From: Nemertoderma westbladi
Lineage: Eukaryota > Animalia > Xenacoelomorpha
Direction: 5' to 3'
Length of the DNA stretch: 64,000 nt
Assembly (NCBI GenBank): GCA_032718475.1
Contig: JAUCBJ010000225.1
Span: 10,952 to 74,951 of the forward strand
Shown: in pieces, positions 36,483 to 48,469 of the stretch
How the letters are laid out: every line of letters starts with the position of its first letter
Numbering within the stretch: the stretch's first letter is position 1
Program-made: the position numbers and the translations under genes
The notes under the pieces: model-generated
The model's input: the letters and a program-made list of their open reading frames with translations, nothing else
Database searches by the model: none
What the model was told of the DNA's origin: nothing

Positions 36483-39362
36483 ATGGCTTTTTAAAACATT
36501 AGGATATCTTCATATAATGCGAATTCAATTAAGTCACTTGAATCTATGACTGTAGTCAGGGAACTTTGCAAAGAATCGGATATAGTTATATTGCAAGAAC
36601 ATTTCCTCCCACAACAAGAATTGGGATTTCTTGCATCAATTAACAAAGATTTTACACCGTATGGTACTTCGCCTGTTGATTTATCAGATGGTTTTCAATT
36701 AGGGCGCCCTTACGGTGGATTGGCTGTGTTATCCAATCAGAAAATTAGTAATGCGATTAGTTTTGAACCAACCGAATTGTTGTCTGATAAAGAGTTTCGC
36801 ATTTTGCCTTTTTATATTAATCTTACAGATGGTAGTAAACTTTTAATGCTAAATGTTTACCTACCATACGAGTCACCAGATAATCATGATATTTTTGTCG
36901 AATATTTAGGAAAATTGCAGTCCATAATAGAGTCATCCCCATCAACAGCGTGTTGTATATTTGGCGATTTTAATGCGTCCCCTGGGCGACCTTTTTATAC
37001 TGAACTAAATGATTGGTGCAATAATTTTGGCCTCACTGTCTTAGATGTAGAAACCCTACCCAGTAATAGTTTCTCCTTTGTAAGTGCAGCTCATGGCACA
37101 ACATCATGGCTGGACCACGTTGTTGTTTCATCGAGTTTCAAATCTATTGTTAATGATACTCGTATTGATTATGATAAGACGGTTACTGACCATATGCCAG
37201 TTAACATTGTGCTAAACATTGATGTGCATAAAATAGATATTGATAATGATAATGCTAATGCTAATGCTACCAATGCAAATACGCAAAGCTCTAATGCGAG
37301 AAACGGCCCCGAAATATGTTGGTCGAAAACAAATGCTAACAATTTGAAAGATTATAGTACGTTACTTAATGATCGACTTGATCACTTGGTAATACCCGAT
37401 GGTATTAAATGTCAAAACCCACGCTGTAAAGAGCATGCGGATTGCATTTCTGATTTTTGGGACAGTATTTCAGACACTATTTCTAAAGCGGCTCGCGATT
37501 CATTGCCCACTAAACAGGGCAATGATTCGTCACGTAATTATAACATTCCCGGTTGGAATGACGTAGTCAAATTTAAGTACGAGGAATCCCGCAATTGGTT
37601 TAGGTTATGGCGTGAGGCTGGGTCACCTAGAAACGGCGAGATACATAGAAAATATATGGCTACAAAGGCCAATTTTAAACGTGCTCTACGACAATGTCGT
37701 AGAGAAGTAACAACGCGAAAAGCCGATAAAATGGCTGCATCGCAACTCGGCAATGACTATCGGTCGTTTTGGCGCGATGTCAAAAAAGAAAGTACCACAT
37801 CTGTGCCACTACCGAAAACAGTTAGCGGAGCCTCAGGTGAAGCTGAAGTTTGTGATTTATTTAGAAATGAATACCATTCTTTATTTAATATTGTAGATAA
37901 TGCTACTGGTGCTGTCAATTACACACTTAATAATTTGGATGATGTTGAATTTTCTAATGATTTCATTGTGAGTGCAGGTGAAATTAGTTGTGCAATATCA
38001 AACTTAAAGAAGGATAAGTGTGCTGGCCCCGATGGTATTGCTGCTGAGCATTATATCTATAGCAATAGCCCCCGGCTCAACACACTATTGGCCTTATTAG
38101 TTACCGCTATGAATATTCACGGTGTAATACCAACTAGCGCAATCCATTGTTTATTAATTCCGATTATAAAAGATAAAAATGGACCAATAGAGGATAAGGG
38201 TAATTATCGACCTATAGCTATAGCCTCAATATTTAGTAAATTATTTGAGTATATTATCCTATCTCGTATTGAATCACAGTTAATTGTAAGCGATTATCAG
38301 TACTCGTTTAAACGCCGTAGTGGTACAGAATTGTGCATTTTTACCCTCAAGGAGATAATTGATTATTATTTATATAACGGTTCTTCAGTATATGTGTGCT
38401 TTGTGGACTCTAGCAAAGCATTTGATAGAATACTACATGATAAACTTTTTGAGAAACTTCTCCTCAAGGGTATACCCAAGTATATTGTTAGGGTATTAGC
38501 TTATTGGTACAGAAAGCAAACATTGCAGGTCAAATGGGGTGAATCTTTTTCTAGTCCTTTTACTGTATCAAATGGGGTTAAGCAGGGGGGTATTTTGAGT
38601 GGATACTTATTTAACGTATACATGGATCAACTCAGTTACGATTTAGTGGATACCAATGTGGGGTGCTTATTAGACGGTTGTAGATTAAATCATATAATGT
38701 ATGCAGACGATATATGTCTCATCTCTAATTCCGCTATTGGTTTGCAGTCTCTTATCAATTGTTGCTTTAGTTATGCTGTAAATCACAATATTATTTTCAA
38801 TCTAAAGAAAACCAAGGTCATGTATTTTTTGTCTAGTAGTTATAGTAATAATGGTGTTATTCCTTTCTTTTTATATGGTAAACAGATTTCCAGAGCTCAC
38901 AAATGGGTATATTTAGGGCACTTATTTCATGAGAGTAGGGATGATGATTATGACATCAAGAAAGCTAATAGAGGGTTATACGCAAAGGCAAATACGTTAG
39001 TTCGAAAATTTAAATGCTGTTCTATATCAGCTAAAGTTACTTTGTTTCGTGCATTTTTAACTACGGTATATTGTAATTCATTGTGGTCACGTAGCAATTA
39101 CTCTTCTGTAGTGTATAATCGTTTAAAGGTGGCGTATAATAGGGCGGCTAGGTTGTTATTCTCCATACAAAGTGGTTACAGTATGTCCCTCTTTTTTGGA
39201 AATAACAATCTACCATGTTTCATACATATCCGTCATAAATCGATTAGGAGTTTATTTACCAGAGTAGATGCGAGTAATAATAAACTTATCCAAGCGGTCA
39301 CCAGGGTAACGTCCGCTACGTCGCGGATACGGGCCATGCTGGACTCTAGCCTACTGTACTAA
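36483..39362 (+). CDS. LINE ORF2: APE endonuclease plus reverse transcriptase (in-frame TAA at codon 4)
   Basis: SYNANS, LQEH, GDFNA, WLDHV, TDHMPV; AGPDGI, NYRPI, DSSKAFD, YADD, YLG. Open from 36495 to 39362. Confidence 0.92.
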
Positions 39363-39567
39363 GGGCATTTTTATTATATTACCTAATATGCAATATATTT
39401 TTTTACTCGATGCTTACATAGTAAGCCTACCCTATACCCTACCATACATTACATACGTTGATTTAATTATAATAATACAATTTATTGTTTTACTGTGCTA
39501 TATGGACGTCTGTATTATGTATTTAATTTTACTGATGTCTGGAATAAATAAATAAATAAAAAAAAAA

Positions 39568-40144
39568 ACTAATCACAACTAGTGACAATAAGATAACGCA
39601 AATGGTGCATTCTTTAGGAATGCTTTATTAACCTTCACACTAACTTCTCTCAGTATTCTCCAAATATAACATTCATTAATATAAACAGCAATTAACAATA
39701 GTATAAAACAGTATATCAGAAAGCAGTGCGGTGAAATGAGTATGTGATCCGTACGTTATGATAGTTCGATGTGTGATGTAATGCAATGCGTTTAGTATGA
39801 AATATGTTAATAGATTTGCGTTCCTATGAGTCTAGGCCACTGATGTTAGGGCAAAGTCAGAAAGTCAGAATGTCCGAATGAATGAATTCTGAATGAATGA
39901 ATTCTCAGAATTTGCCGCATTGCGTTATCTCTCGTAGGCCACTGATAACAGAGGAAGGGAGATCGCTCTGATTGGCTGAAATATATGTAAACAAAGCACA
40001 TTCCTCACACAAAGGAACAGCTGGTAGATTTTGTCATTCCAACTATGGGTTTTTTGACAGACACGTAGTTGTACAATTATAAGCCTTTTAGAGTATTTAG
40101 CGCATTGCGTAAAATGACTTATTTTGTCCGCAAAAGCTTTTACA
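39568..40144 (-). repeat. Old, diverged partial LTR of the same BEL family
   Basis: Contains GCATTCTTTAGGAATGCTT, TTCTCCAAATA and ATCGCTCTGATTGGCT, and ends CAAAAGCTTTTACA (reverse complement of the LTR start); cut on the left by the LINE tail. Confidence 0.8.
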
Positions 40145-40166
40145 GTCCATTTAAATGTTGTTTGTT

Positions 40167-41037
40167 ACATTTATTGTCTCTAGGTTTAAGCGATCCCTTT
40201 ACATTTTATTGTCTCTAGGTTTAAGCGATCCCTTTACATTTTATTGTCTCTAGGTTTAAGCGATCCCTTTACATTTTATTATCTCTAGGTTTAAGCGATC
40301 CCTTTACATTTTATTGTCTCTAGGTTTAAGCGATCCCTTTACATTTTATTGTCTCTAGGTTTAAGCGATCCCTTTACATTTATTGTCTCTAGGTTTAAGC
40401 GATCCCTTTACATTTTATTGTCTCTAGCTTTAAGCGATCCCTTTACATTTTATTGTCTTAGCTTTAAGCGATCCCTTTACATTTTATTGTCTCTAGCTTT
40501 AAGCGATCCCTTTACATTTTATTGTCTCTAGGTTTAAGCGATCCCTTTACATTTTATTGTCTCTAGGTTTAAGCGATCCCTTTACATTTTATTGTCTCTA
40601 GGTTTAAGCGATCCCTTTACATTTTATTGTCTCTAGGTTTAAGCGATCCCTTTACATTTTATTGTCTTAGCTTTAAGCGATCCCTTTACATTTTATTGTC
40701 TCTAGGTTTAAGCGATCCCTTTACATTTTATTGTCTCTAGGTTTAAGCGATCCCTTTACATTTTATTGTCTCTAGGTTTAAGCGATCCCTTTACATTTTA
40801 TTGTCTCTAGGTTTAAGCGATCCCTTTACATTTTATTGTCTCTAGGTTTAAGCGATCCCTTTAAATTTTATTGTATCTAGGTTTAAGCGATCCCTTTACA
40901 TTTTATTGTCTCTAGGTTTAAGCGATCCCTTTACATTTTATTGTCTCTAGCTTTAAGCGATCCCTTTACATTTTATTGTCTCTAGCTTTAAGCGATCCCT
41001 TTACATTTTATTGTCTCTAGGTTTAAGCGATCCCTTT
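40167..41037 (+). repeat. 35-bp minisatellite (~25 copies) made of a splice acceptor plus the first 17 nt of the host exon
   Basis: Unit ACATTTTATTGTCTCTAG|GTTTAAGCGATCCCTTT; the last unit runs into the coding exon. Confidence 0.95.
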
Positions 41038-41144
41038 GTGGAAGTTCATCTTTGCCCTTCGAATTTGTTTCCAAAATGCGAATCGATGAAGACGAAAGTT
41101 CAGAAGAACACGTTAAATCCCACCTACAACGAATCCTTCGATTA
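41021..41144 (+). CDS. Host UNC13D/BAIAP3-like gene, C2B-domain exon
   Basis: ag|...|gttagt; (G)LSDPFVEVHLCPSNLFPKCESMKTKVQKNTLNPTYNESFD, the C2 SDPF...T.NP.YNE.F pattern with the Munc13-4/BAP3-type P..LFP insert. Confidence 0.88.
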
Positions 41145-41608
41145 GTTAGTTAAACACTACGGGGGGGGGGGGGGGGGGGGGGTGGACGCAAATCACATCT
41201 CGTCGAATTAATATCTCGTCTCAATGTTAAGTTACCAATAAAGGGAACGGAGCAGGTTACAGTTGTATCAAGTTATTCTAAATAAAACTATAAATGAAAG
41301 TCAATAGAACAGGATATAATTTTATTTGTTGGAGTAATCATCTGTTATTTGCGTTGGTTGAGCCTTGGGGAGAGATGAAATTTCCCCATCCCTTATCCTA
41401 TCCGGATAACTCATATCAGTCTATTGTTATTTGGAACTGCCGTCTGAATAAATCGAAAAATTTACTTATTGAAACATTAATATGGTTTAGTTCTACACAC
41501 AAATTTACTATTGGGGGAATCATATATTTATACCCGTTAATAAATATATTATTGCCACTATACAAGTTAAATATGGTGTCCTTATCACTGTATTTGTATT
41601 ACCTTTAG

Positions 41609-41703
41609 CAACATATCTGCAGACAATTGTCGTGAGGATTTTGCTGTTATTGCCTTCTACGTGTTCGACTACGATTTCTTTGCTTGGCGTAACGATTTTG
41701 CGG
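41609..41703 (+). CDS. Host UNC13D/BAIAP3-like gene, C2B exon
   Basis: tttag|...|gtacgt, phase-compatible; (Y)NISADNCREDFAVIAFYVFDYDFFAWRNDFA(G) with the Ca-binding D-x-D...ND motif. Confidence 0.88.
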
Positions 41704-42189
41704 GTACGTTGTTATGGTAATAATTTACTAAAGTAAACTTGAAGTAACACCATCTATCAATCTCTCTATGTCTACCTACAAACTTACTGTATAATAAAGC
41801 TATATATATCTTTGACTCTCTGTATTAAAATATGTATCGATTTAGGCTAAACAATACATAATATAAAATTATATTATATAATAAAAATATATTTAACTAA
41901 AAAAACACACAATCCAACAGAATATTATATAAATATTTTATATGACTATCAAACATCTACCGAATCTAATAACCTCTATATTATATCAAAATATAACAAT
42001 AATAACTCTTCGAATTCTAACAATGATGTTATACTGTATTTGTCAGTTTTAAATTTAAGTTGTTTAGCATCACAATTACATAACCATTTAACCTATTATG
42101 TAACTATATCTATGTTATGTTACTAATCTATGTTACTATATTATGTAATTATATCTTGGATTATTTTTCTGGGACATGTTCCATTGCAG

Positions 42190-42306
42190 GCGAGGCCTAC
42201 CTACCATTGAGGGACGTTTTGGGTCTCAGTGATTCGGCTTCTAACAAAGGCAGCTACGAAATTATGGCCCCAACTTCTCTCAACTTTATGCGACCGACTG
42301 CCGAAG
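42190..42306 (+). CDS. Host UNC13D/BAIAP3-like gene, penultimate exon
   Basis: tgcag|...|gttaat; (G)EAYLPLRDVLGLSDSASNKGSYEIMAPTSLNFMRPTAE. Confidence 0.85.
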
Positions 42307-42528
42307 GTTAATATGTCAAATAGTTACGGTATGAATGTAAAACCCAGGAGTTATGAAAAATAAAGAGAATAGTGTGAATTTTATCCAACTCGTACGTAAC
42401 TAAGTAATAATTACTTGACAAAATTAAACACGAAAAATTACTTATTATGTTGTCTATCCTATGTAGCCATGGCCGATCGTGTTGCTATAATATACTCTTA
42501 TTAATATTACGATAATTTTGATTTGCAG

Positions 42529-42626
42529 ATAATGTTGTTTACCAAGCCTTGACGAGAAGGACTGGCGACAAACTGGCCTTGGAATTGGTTAAAAAACGCC
42601 AACCAATATTGTCGGGGTGCAAATGA
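42529..42626 (+). CDS. Host UNC13D/BAIAP3-like gene, terminal exon
   Basis: tgcag|; (D)NVVYQALTRRTGDKLALELVKKRQPILSGCK*, matching the L..R.GD..A..V..R C-terminus of this family; AATAAA at 42636 and 42671. Confidence 0.85.
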
Positions 42627-42726
42627 TGATGTGTCAATAAAACTATATATAAATACATTTATCGTTAACAAATAAATCAATTATCATAAGAGTTTAGAGA
42701 CAAAGAAATGGTTGGGTGGGTGGGTA

Positions 42727-43241
42727 GGGTAGGTCGTAGAAGGTGATCAATGATTTGAATGTAGGCCATGAATGGATGGGTAGGTCGTAGAAGGTGATCA
42801 ATGATTTGAATGTAGGTCATGAATGGGTGGGTAGGTCGTAGAAGGTGATCAATGATTTGAATGTAGGCCATGAATGGATGGGTAGGTCGTAGAAGGTGAT
42901 CAATGATTTGAATGTAGGTCATGAATGGGTGGGTAGGTCGTAGAAGGTGATCAATGATTTGAATGTAGGTCATGAATGGGTGGGTAGGTCGTAGAAGGTG
43001 ATCAATGATTTGAATGTAGGCCATGAATGGATGGGTAGGTCGTAGAAGGTGATCAATGATTTGAATGTAGGTCATGAATGGGTGGGTAGGTCGTAGAAGG
43101 TGATCAATGATTTGAATGTAGGCCATGAATGGATGGGTAGGTCGTAGAAGGTGATCAATGATTTGAATGTAGGTCATGAATGGGTGGGTAGGTCGTAGAA
43201 GGTGATCAATGATTTGAATGTAGGTCATGAATGGGTGGGTA
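42727..43241 (+). repeat. 51-bp minisatellite, 10 copies, two linked variants
   Basis: GGGTAGGTCGTAGAAGGTGATCAATGATTTGAATGTAGG(C/T)CATGAATGG(A/G)T. Confidence 0.95.
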
Positions 43242-44469
43242 AGTTACCTAAGACAAATTTGGTACATTTCGGTTTGGTGCAATTTAGGAAATAGATAGAA
43301 AGTTAATTATTGAGTGGATGTCTGAGGAAGGAAAGCTTTTATCCAGCCATCCATTATAACTGTTTACATAGAATCTATTGTTAATTTGACATTGTTATCC
43401 TACCACTAATAATCAATTCTATTTTCTCTTTAATATTCCTGTGCGAATCTGTGTAGTACAGTAGAATAATTAATTACATTTGGGATATTGAGCTATGGAG
43501 TATTTAATTTATATTACTCATTTCCAATTTGTATAATATTAAAAAACATTTCATAAAAAAAAACACTATAAATATGTAGAATTTGGTGTTAAGAGGGGGG
43601 TAGTCCAACCATAAAGTGTACACTCCAGTAAAATACTTTTATCTTCGCTTGTAATTAACATATAATCTCGTCCATTGGTTGTTTGTGTACCTAAGAAGAT
43701 AGAGAAATTTGTAAAAACCTTTAAAATATTTGTTGTGCCTGTTAGTAAGATATTAAAACGAAAAGTAAAAAAATGTTACCCGCTTAGCAATTTCTATTGA
43801 ATGTTAAACCTTGAAGTTTGGGCTAAATGTTTGTATCATATGAGTGCACATAGTTACCATTTATTAAGAAAATAGATTTTTTTTTTTAATTACTTAATTT
43901 GAAAAACTTCCCAATAGAGTATTTATCAATACCGCTTAATATATCAAAATTAACTGCTGATTTGGAATCAGCGTTAAATACAACAGTAATTCAGATGGAC
44001 ATATTTCAAAATTTCGAATTTTTGACCCAAATTCAACTACCCCCCCCCCCCCCCATAAAATAAACAATCACCCAATGTATATACTATATACTATACTATA
44101 CTATATACTATATTGTGTTTCATTGACTACCTAACTTGTTTATTTAACTGCCTATAATTTTACATTGTAGTTTTTGCCATTTATTTGGTGTCTACGTTGT
44201 ATCATTTTCTAATATTAGTACCTATTGATTTCGTCTCCCCTTTTCTACGGTATTTATGTCCTGTAGGGCGGGTCATTCTATGTGTGTTTAGAAGGATCAT
44301 AATTCACAATATTATACTTTATAATAGAAAATTTCAAGAAAATTATAAATGTTATTATTTAAATAAACGGACGTCATATCCAGGCCGATTGATTCACAAC
44401 TGGATATTTTAATGATCCTGGTATGACGATGTTATCAAGATAAGTGAGAAGCAGGTCAATGTTATGTGA

Positions 44470-46608
44470 ATCCAATATTGTGTACCATCTCAATACTTTG
44501 TACCATCTCAATACTTTGTACCATCTCAATACTTTGTACCATCTCAATACTTTGTACCATCTCAATACTTTGTACCATCAATACTCACTTACTTGCATGG
44601 CGCATCCAATATTGTGAACCATCTCAATACTTTGTACCATCTCAATACTTTGTACCATCTCAATACTTTGTACCATCTCAATAGTTTGTACCATCTCAAT
44701 ACTTTGTACCATCTCAATACTTATTGTGTACCATCTCAATACTTTGTACCATCTCAATACTTTGCACCATCTCAATACTTTGTACCATCTCAATACTTTG
44801 TACCATCTCAATACTTTGTACAATCACAATACTTACTTGCGTGACACATCCAATATTGTGTACCATCTCAATACTTTGTACCATCTCAATACTTTGTACC
44901 ATCTCAATAGTTTGTACCATCTCAATACTTTGTACCATCTCAATACTTACTTGCGTGGCACATCCAATATTGTGTACCATCTCAATACTTTGTACCATCT
45001 CAATACTTTGTACCATCTCAATACTTTGTACCATCTCAAAACTTTGTACCATCTCAATACTTACTTGCGTGGCACATCCAATATTGTGTACCATCTCAAT
45101 ACTTTGTACCATCTCAATACTTTGTACCATCTCAATACGTTGTACCATCTCAATACTTTGTACCATCTCAATAGTTTGTACCATCTCAATACTTTGTACC
45201 ATCTCAATACTTAGTTGTGTGGCACATCCAATATTGTGTACCATCTCAATACTTTGTACCATCTCAATACTTTGTACCATCTCAATACTTACTTGCGTGG
45301 CACATCCAATATTGTGTACAATCTCAATACTTTGTACCATCTCAATACTTTGTACAATCTCAATACTTACTTGCGTGGCACTTCCAATATTGTGTACCAT
45401 CTCAATACTTTGTACCATCTCAATACTTTGTACCATCTCAATACTTTGTACCATCTCAATACTTACTTGCGTGGCACATCCAATATTGTGTACCATCTCA
45501 ATACTTTGTACCATCTCAATAATTTGTACCATCTCAATACTTTGTATCATCTCAATACTTTGTACCATCTCAATACTTTGTACCATCTCAATACTTTGTA
45601 CAATCTCAATACTTTGTACCATCTCAATACATTGTACCATCTCAATACTTTGTACCATCTCAATACTTTGTACCATCTCAATACTTTGTACCATCTCAAT
45701 ACTTTGTACCATCTCAATACTTTGTACAATCTCAATACTTTGTACCATCTCAATATTTTGTATCATCTCAATACTTTGTACCATCTCAATACTTTGTATC
45801 ATCTCAATACTTTGTACCATCTCAATACTTTGTACAATCTCAATACTTTGTACCATCTCAATACATTGTACCATCTCAATACTTTGTACCATCTCAATAC
45901 TTTGTACCATCTCAATACTTTGTACCATATCAATACTCATTGTGTACCATCTCAATACTTTGTACCATCTCAATACATTGTACCATCTCAATACTTTGTA
46001 CCATCTCAATACTTTGTACCATCTCAATACTTTGTACCATCTCAATACTTTGTACAATCTCAATACTTTGTACCATCTCAATACATTGTACCATCTCAAT
46101 ACTTTGTACCATCTCAATACTTTGTACCATCTCAATACTTTGTACCATATCAATACTTATTGTGTACCATCTCAATACTTTGTACCATCTCAATACATTG
46201 TACCATCTCAATATTTTGTATCATCTCAATACTTTGTACCATCTCAATACTTTGTATCATCTCAATACTTTGTACCATCTCAATACTTTGTACCATATCA
46301 ATACTTATTGTGTACCATATCTCAATACTTTGTACCATCTCAATACTTTGTACCATCTCAATACTTTGTACCATGTCAATACTTTGTACCATCTCAATAC
46401 TTACTTGCGTGGCACATCCAATATTGTGTACCATCTCAATACTTTGTACCATCTCAATACTTTGTACCATCTCAATACTTACTTGCGTGGCACATCCAAT
46501 ATTGTGTACCATCTCAAAACTTTGTACCATCTCAATACTTTGTACCATCTCAATACTTTGTACCATCTCAATACTTACTTGCGTGGCATATCCAATATTG
46601 TGTACCAT
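44470..46608 (+). repeat. 18-bp minisatellite with interspersed spacer (higher-order structure)
   Basis: (GTACCATCTCAATACTTT)n punctuated by ACTTGCGTGGCACATCCAATATTGT. Confidence 0.95.
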
Positions 46609-46989
46609 TCATATTATTCTGCTCAACTGTTAAGATTTACAGATCCCGGGCAGCTAATTAATGTCAGACCAAGTTATCCCTGACATACACGTTCGTGGGG
46701 CTTTCGCGCAGGACAATGCTCAGTTACGAGATACAGATTAATATTGAGCGATTCTACTGTATCAAAAACTCGGTATCTAAGAAATTTAACCAAACACCAG
46801 TAAGTCAAAGAGAGGGAAAAGCCCTCTTTCCCTTTATTTTTAATATAACACAAAATACAACTGGGAGAGATTCACAAATATACAAACAGCACAAATTTCT
46901 AGCAAAAATAATTAATGTTAGCATATTATTTAATTTATTTACTTAACCAACAGAGAAATCAATGGTAACAAGTTATTGGTAACTTTTCG

Positions 46990-47336
46990 AAAGATATCTA
47001 CTTCTCAGGTCATTTAACTAAACAACGCGTAAAAACCTTCTGACCAAGCTTCGTAGCTTGAAATCTGCTAAACTAATATACTCTGCGTCCACGTTTAATG
47101 GCAATGTCATCGCGCGTATCTCAGACCACGGCAAACGCCTCACCATTCGATCTTTATCTGACTACGAACGTCTCAAGTCGAAGGTTTCCGGTGCAGAAAT
47201 CCCTCCTCTTGGCAATGTCGTGAAAATAGACCAACCACGAGCGAGTGATACCACCCAACCCAACGCTACGCAGCCACGGCGCACTGGCACCCGTAAATCC
47301 AACCGTACCGACTCCCTAACGGAGGGCATCGAGTGA
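46990..47336 (+). pseudogene. Relic of a CR1/L2-type LINE ORF1 C-terminus
   Basis: KDIYFSGHLTKQRVK / LTKLRSLKSAKLIYSASTFNGNVIAR...IRSLSD resembles the IYINEHLT...WT.NG.I..R...I.S..DL pattern; frameshifted. Confidence 0.5.
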
Positions 47337-48469
47337 TTCTATTAGCTAACATTGTTAGCAACAGCCATGCCCGTTATCCACCTTACCGCCGCTCTAGAGT
47401 TTTTTTTTATTCTGTAATAATAGCGAGATCTCCTCACTGGTGTAGAGTTTATTTTGTTTTTACTGTTACTTTGTTCTTTGTACTTGTAACTTTGTTCTCT
47501 AAGAAAAGAGCTTTCGAATGAGCCTAAAACGAACTTCGTACGACCACTAGAACTGGAGATTATACATTTTGAAGATCTCCGATGACCGATAAGTCTATTC
47601 CGTGTAATCCCGCAAATACCGCAGAGTCGCTTATTCGAGTCCCGTCTTCATTCCGGAGACTTGAAGTTGTCTTATAAACTGACAAGTAGGTCCAATAATC
47701 ATAAAAAAATACCTTCGCAATTAAAATTTTGTGCTCTTTCTCGTGTAGACATCCAATTGGCACCACTGGGCACAGAAATTTGCAGAAATTGAATGCAAAC
47801 CCCAAACTTCATCTCCTTTACCAATATCGCGATATATCGGAGCCAGTATCTTCTATCCCAGATATCTCGAAAAGTAAGCAAGATATGGGAAAACGGTTTC
47901 CATATTTGGATTCAGCATGAAATTCTGCATCAGATAGGATATGTTTCAAAAATTCGTGTTTTTGGTCAGAAAATGCGCTACTCCCCCCCCCTTAACCTCG
48001 ACCGTTCATAACCACGCAACCCGGAGACAGTAACAGTCAAGTAAAAGCTTTTTGTTCTGTCTGATAATCAATTAGTGTGAGGGTAGTCCCGGTGGTGTAC
48101 GAAAAAATTTCTAGACAACTTCAAACTATAAATATTATGTTGTAATCATCTAATGAATTATAAAAGCAGTTGTGATGATAGAAGATAGAGAGCAGTTAGC
48201 GAAATGATTATTTTGTTCTATCGGAATGAGTAGTCGGAGTCTCAGGGAGGAGTCGAGGTGTCTATTGATTAATAATAATAAGAGCAGTTGTCATGAATTC
48301 AATACAATCGCGCACAAGAAGTGATAAGATAAATTCGTTCTTATTTTTGTAATAAATAAAACAAGTTGAGATGTTTCAAAGTAAACCGCGATTAACAATT
48401 TACACTGTCCAATGTAAACCACGATATTAATTAAATACAACAATTATATTATTATTATAACAGATTTTT

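Larger units (their letters stand above)
34860..39567 (+). mobile_element. Near full-length RTE-X-like LINE (ORF1 plus APE-RT ORF2)
   Basis: Two tandem ORFs, 3' UTR and (AATA)n-poly(A) tail at 39543-39567. Clade inferred from PGWND, W..AGSPRNG and GVKQGGILS motifs. Confidence 0.88.

Noticed and set aside
42677-43228. 183-aa minus-strand repeat ORF
   Set aside because: Translation of the 51-bp minisatellite; no other coding evidence.
44374-46683. Long ORFs (up to 645 aa) in several frames, and a CRISPR-like repeat/spacer look
   Set aside because: By-products of a stop-free 18-bp repeat. The spacers are identical to each other, the context is eukaryotic and no cas genes are present.
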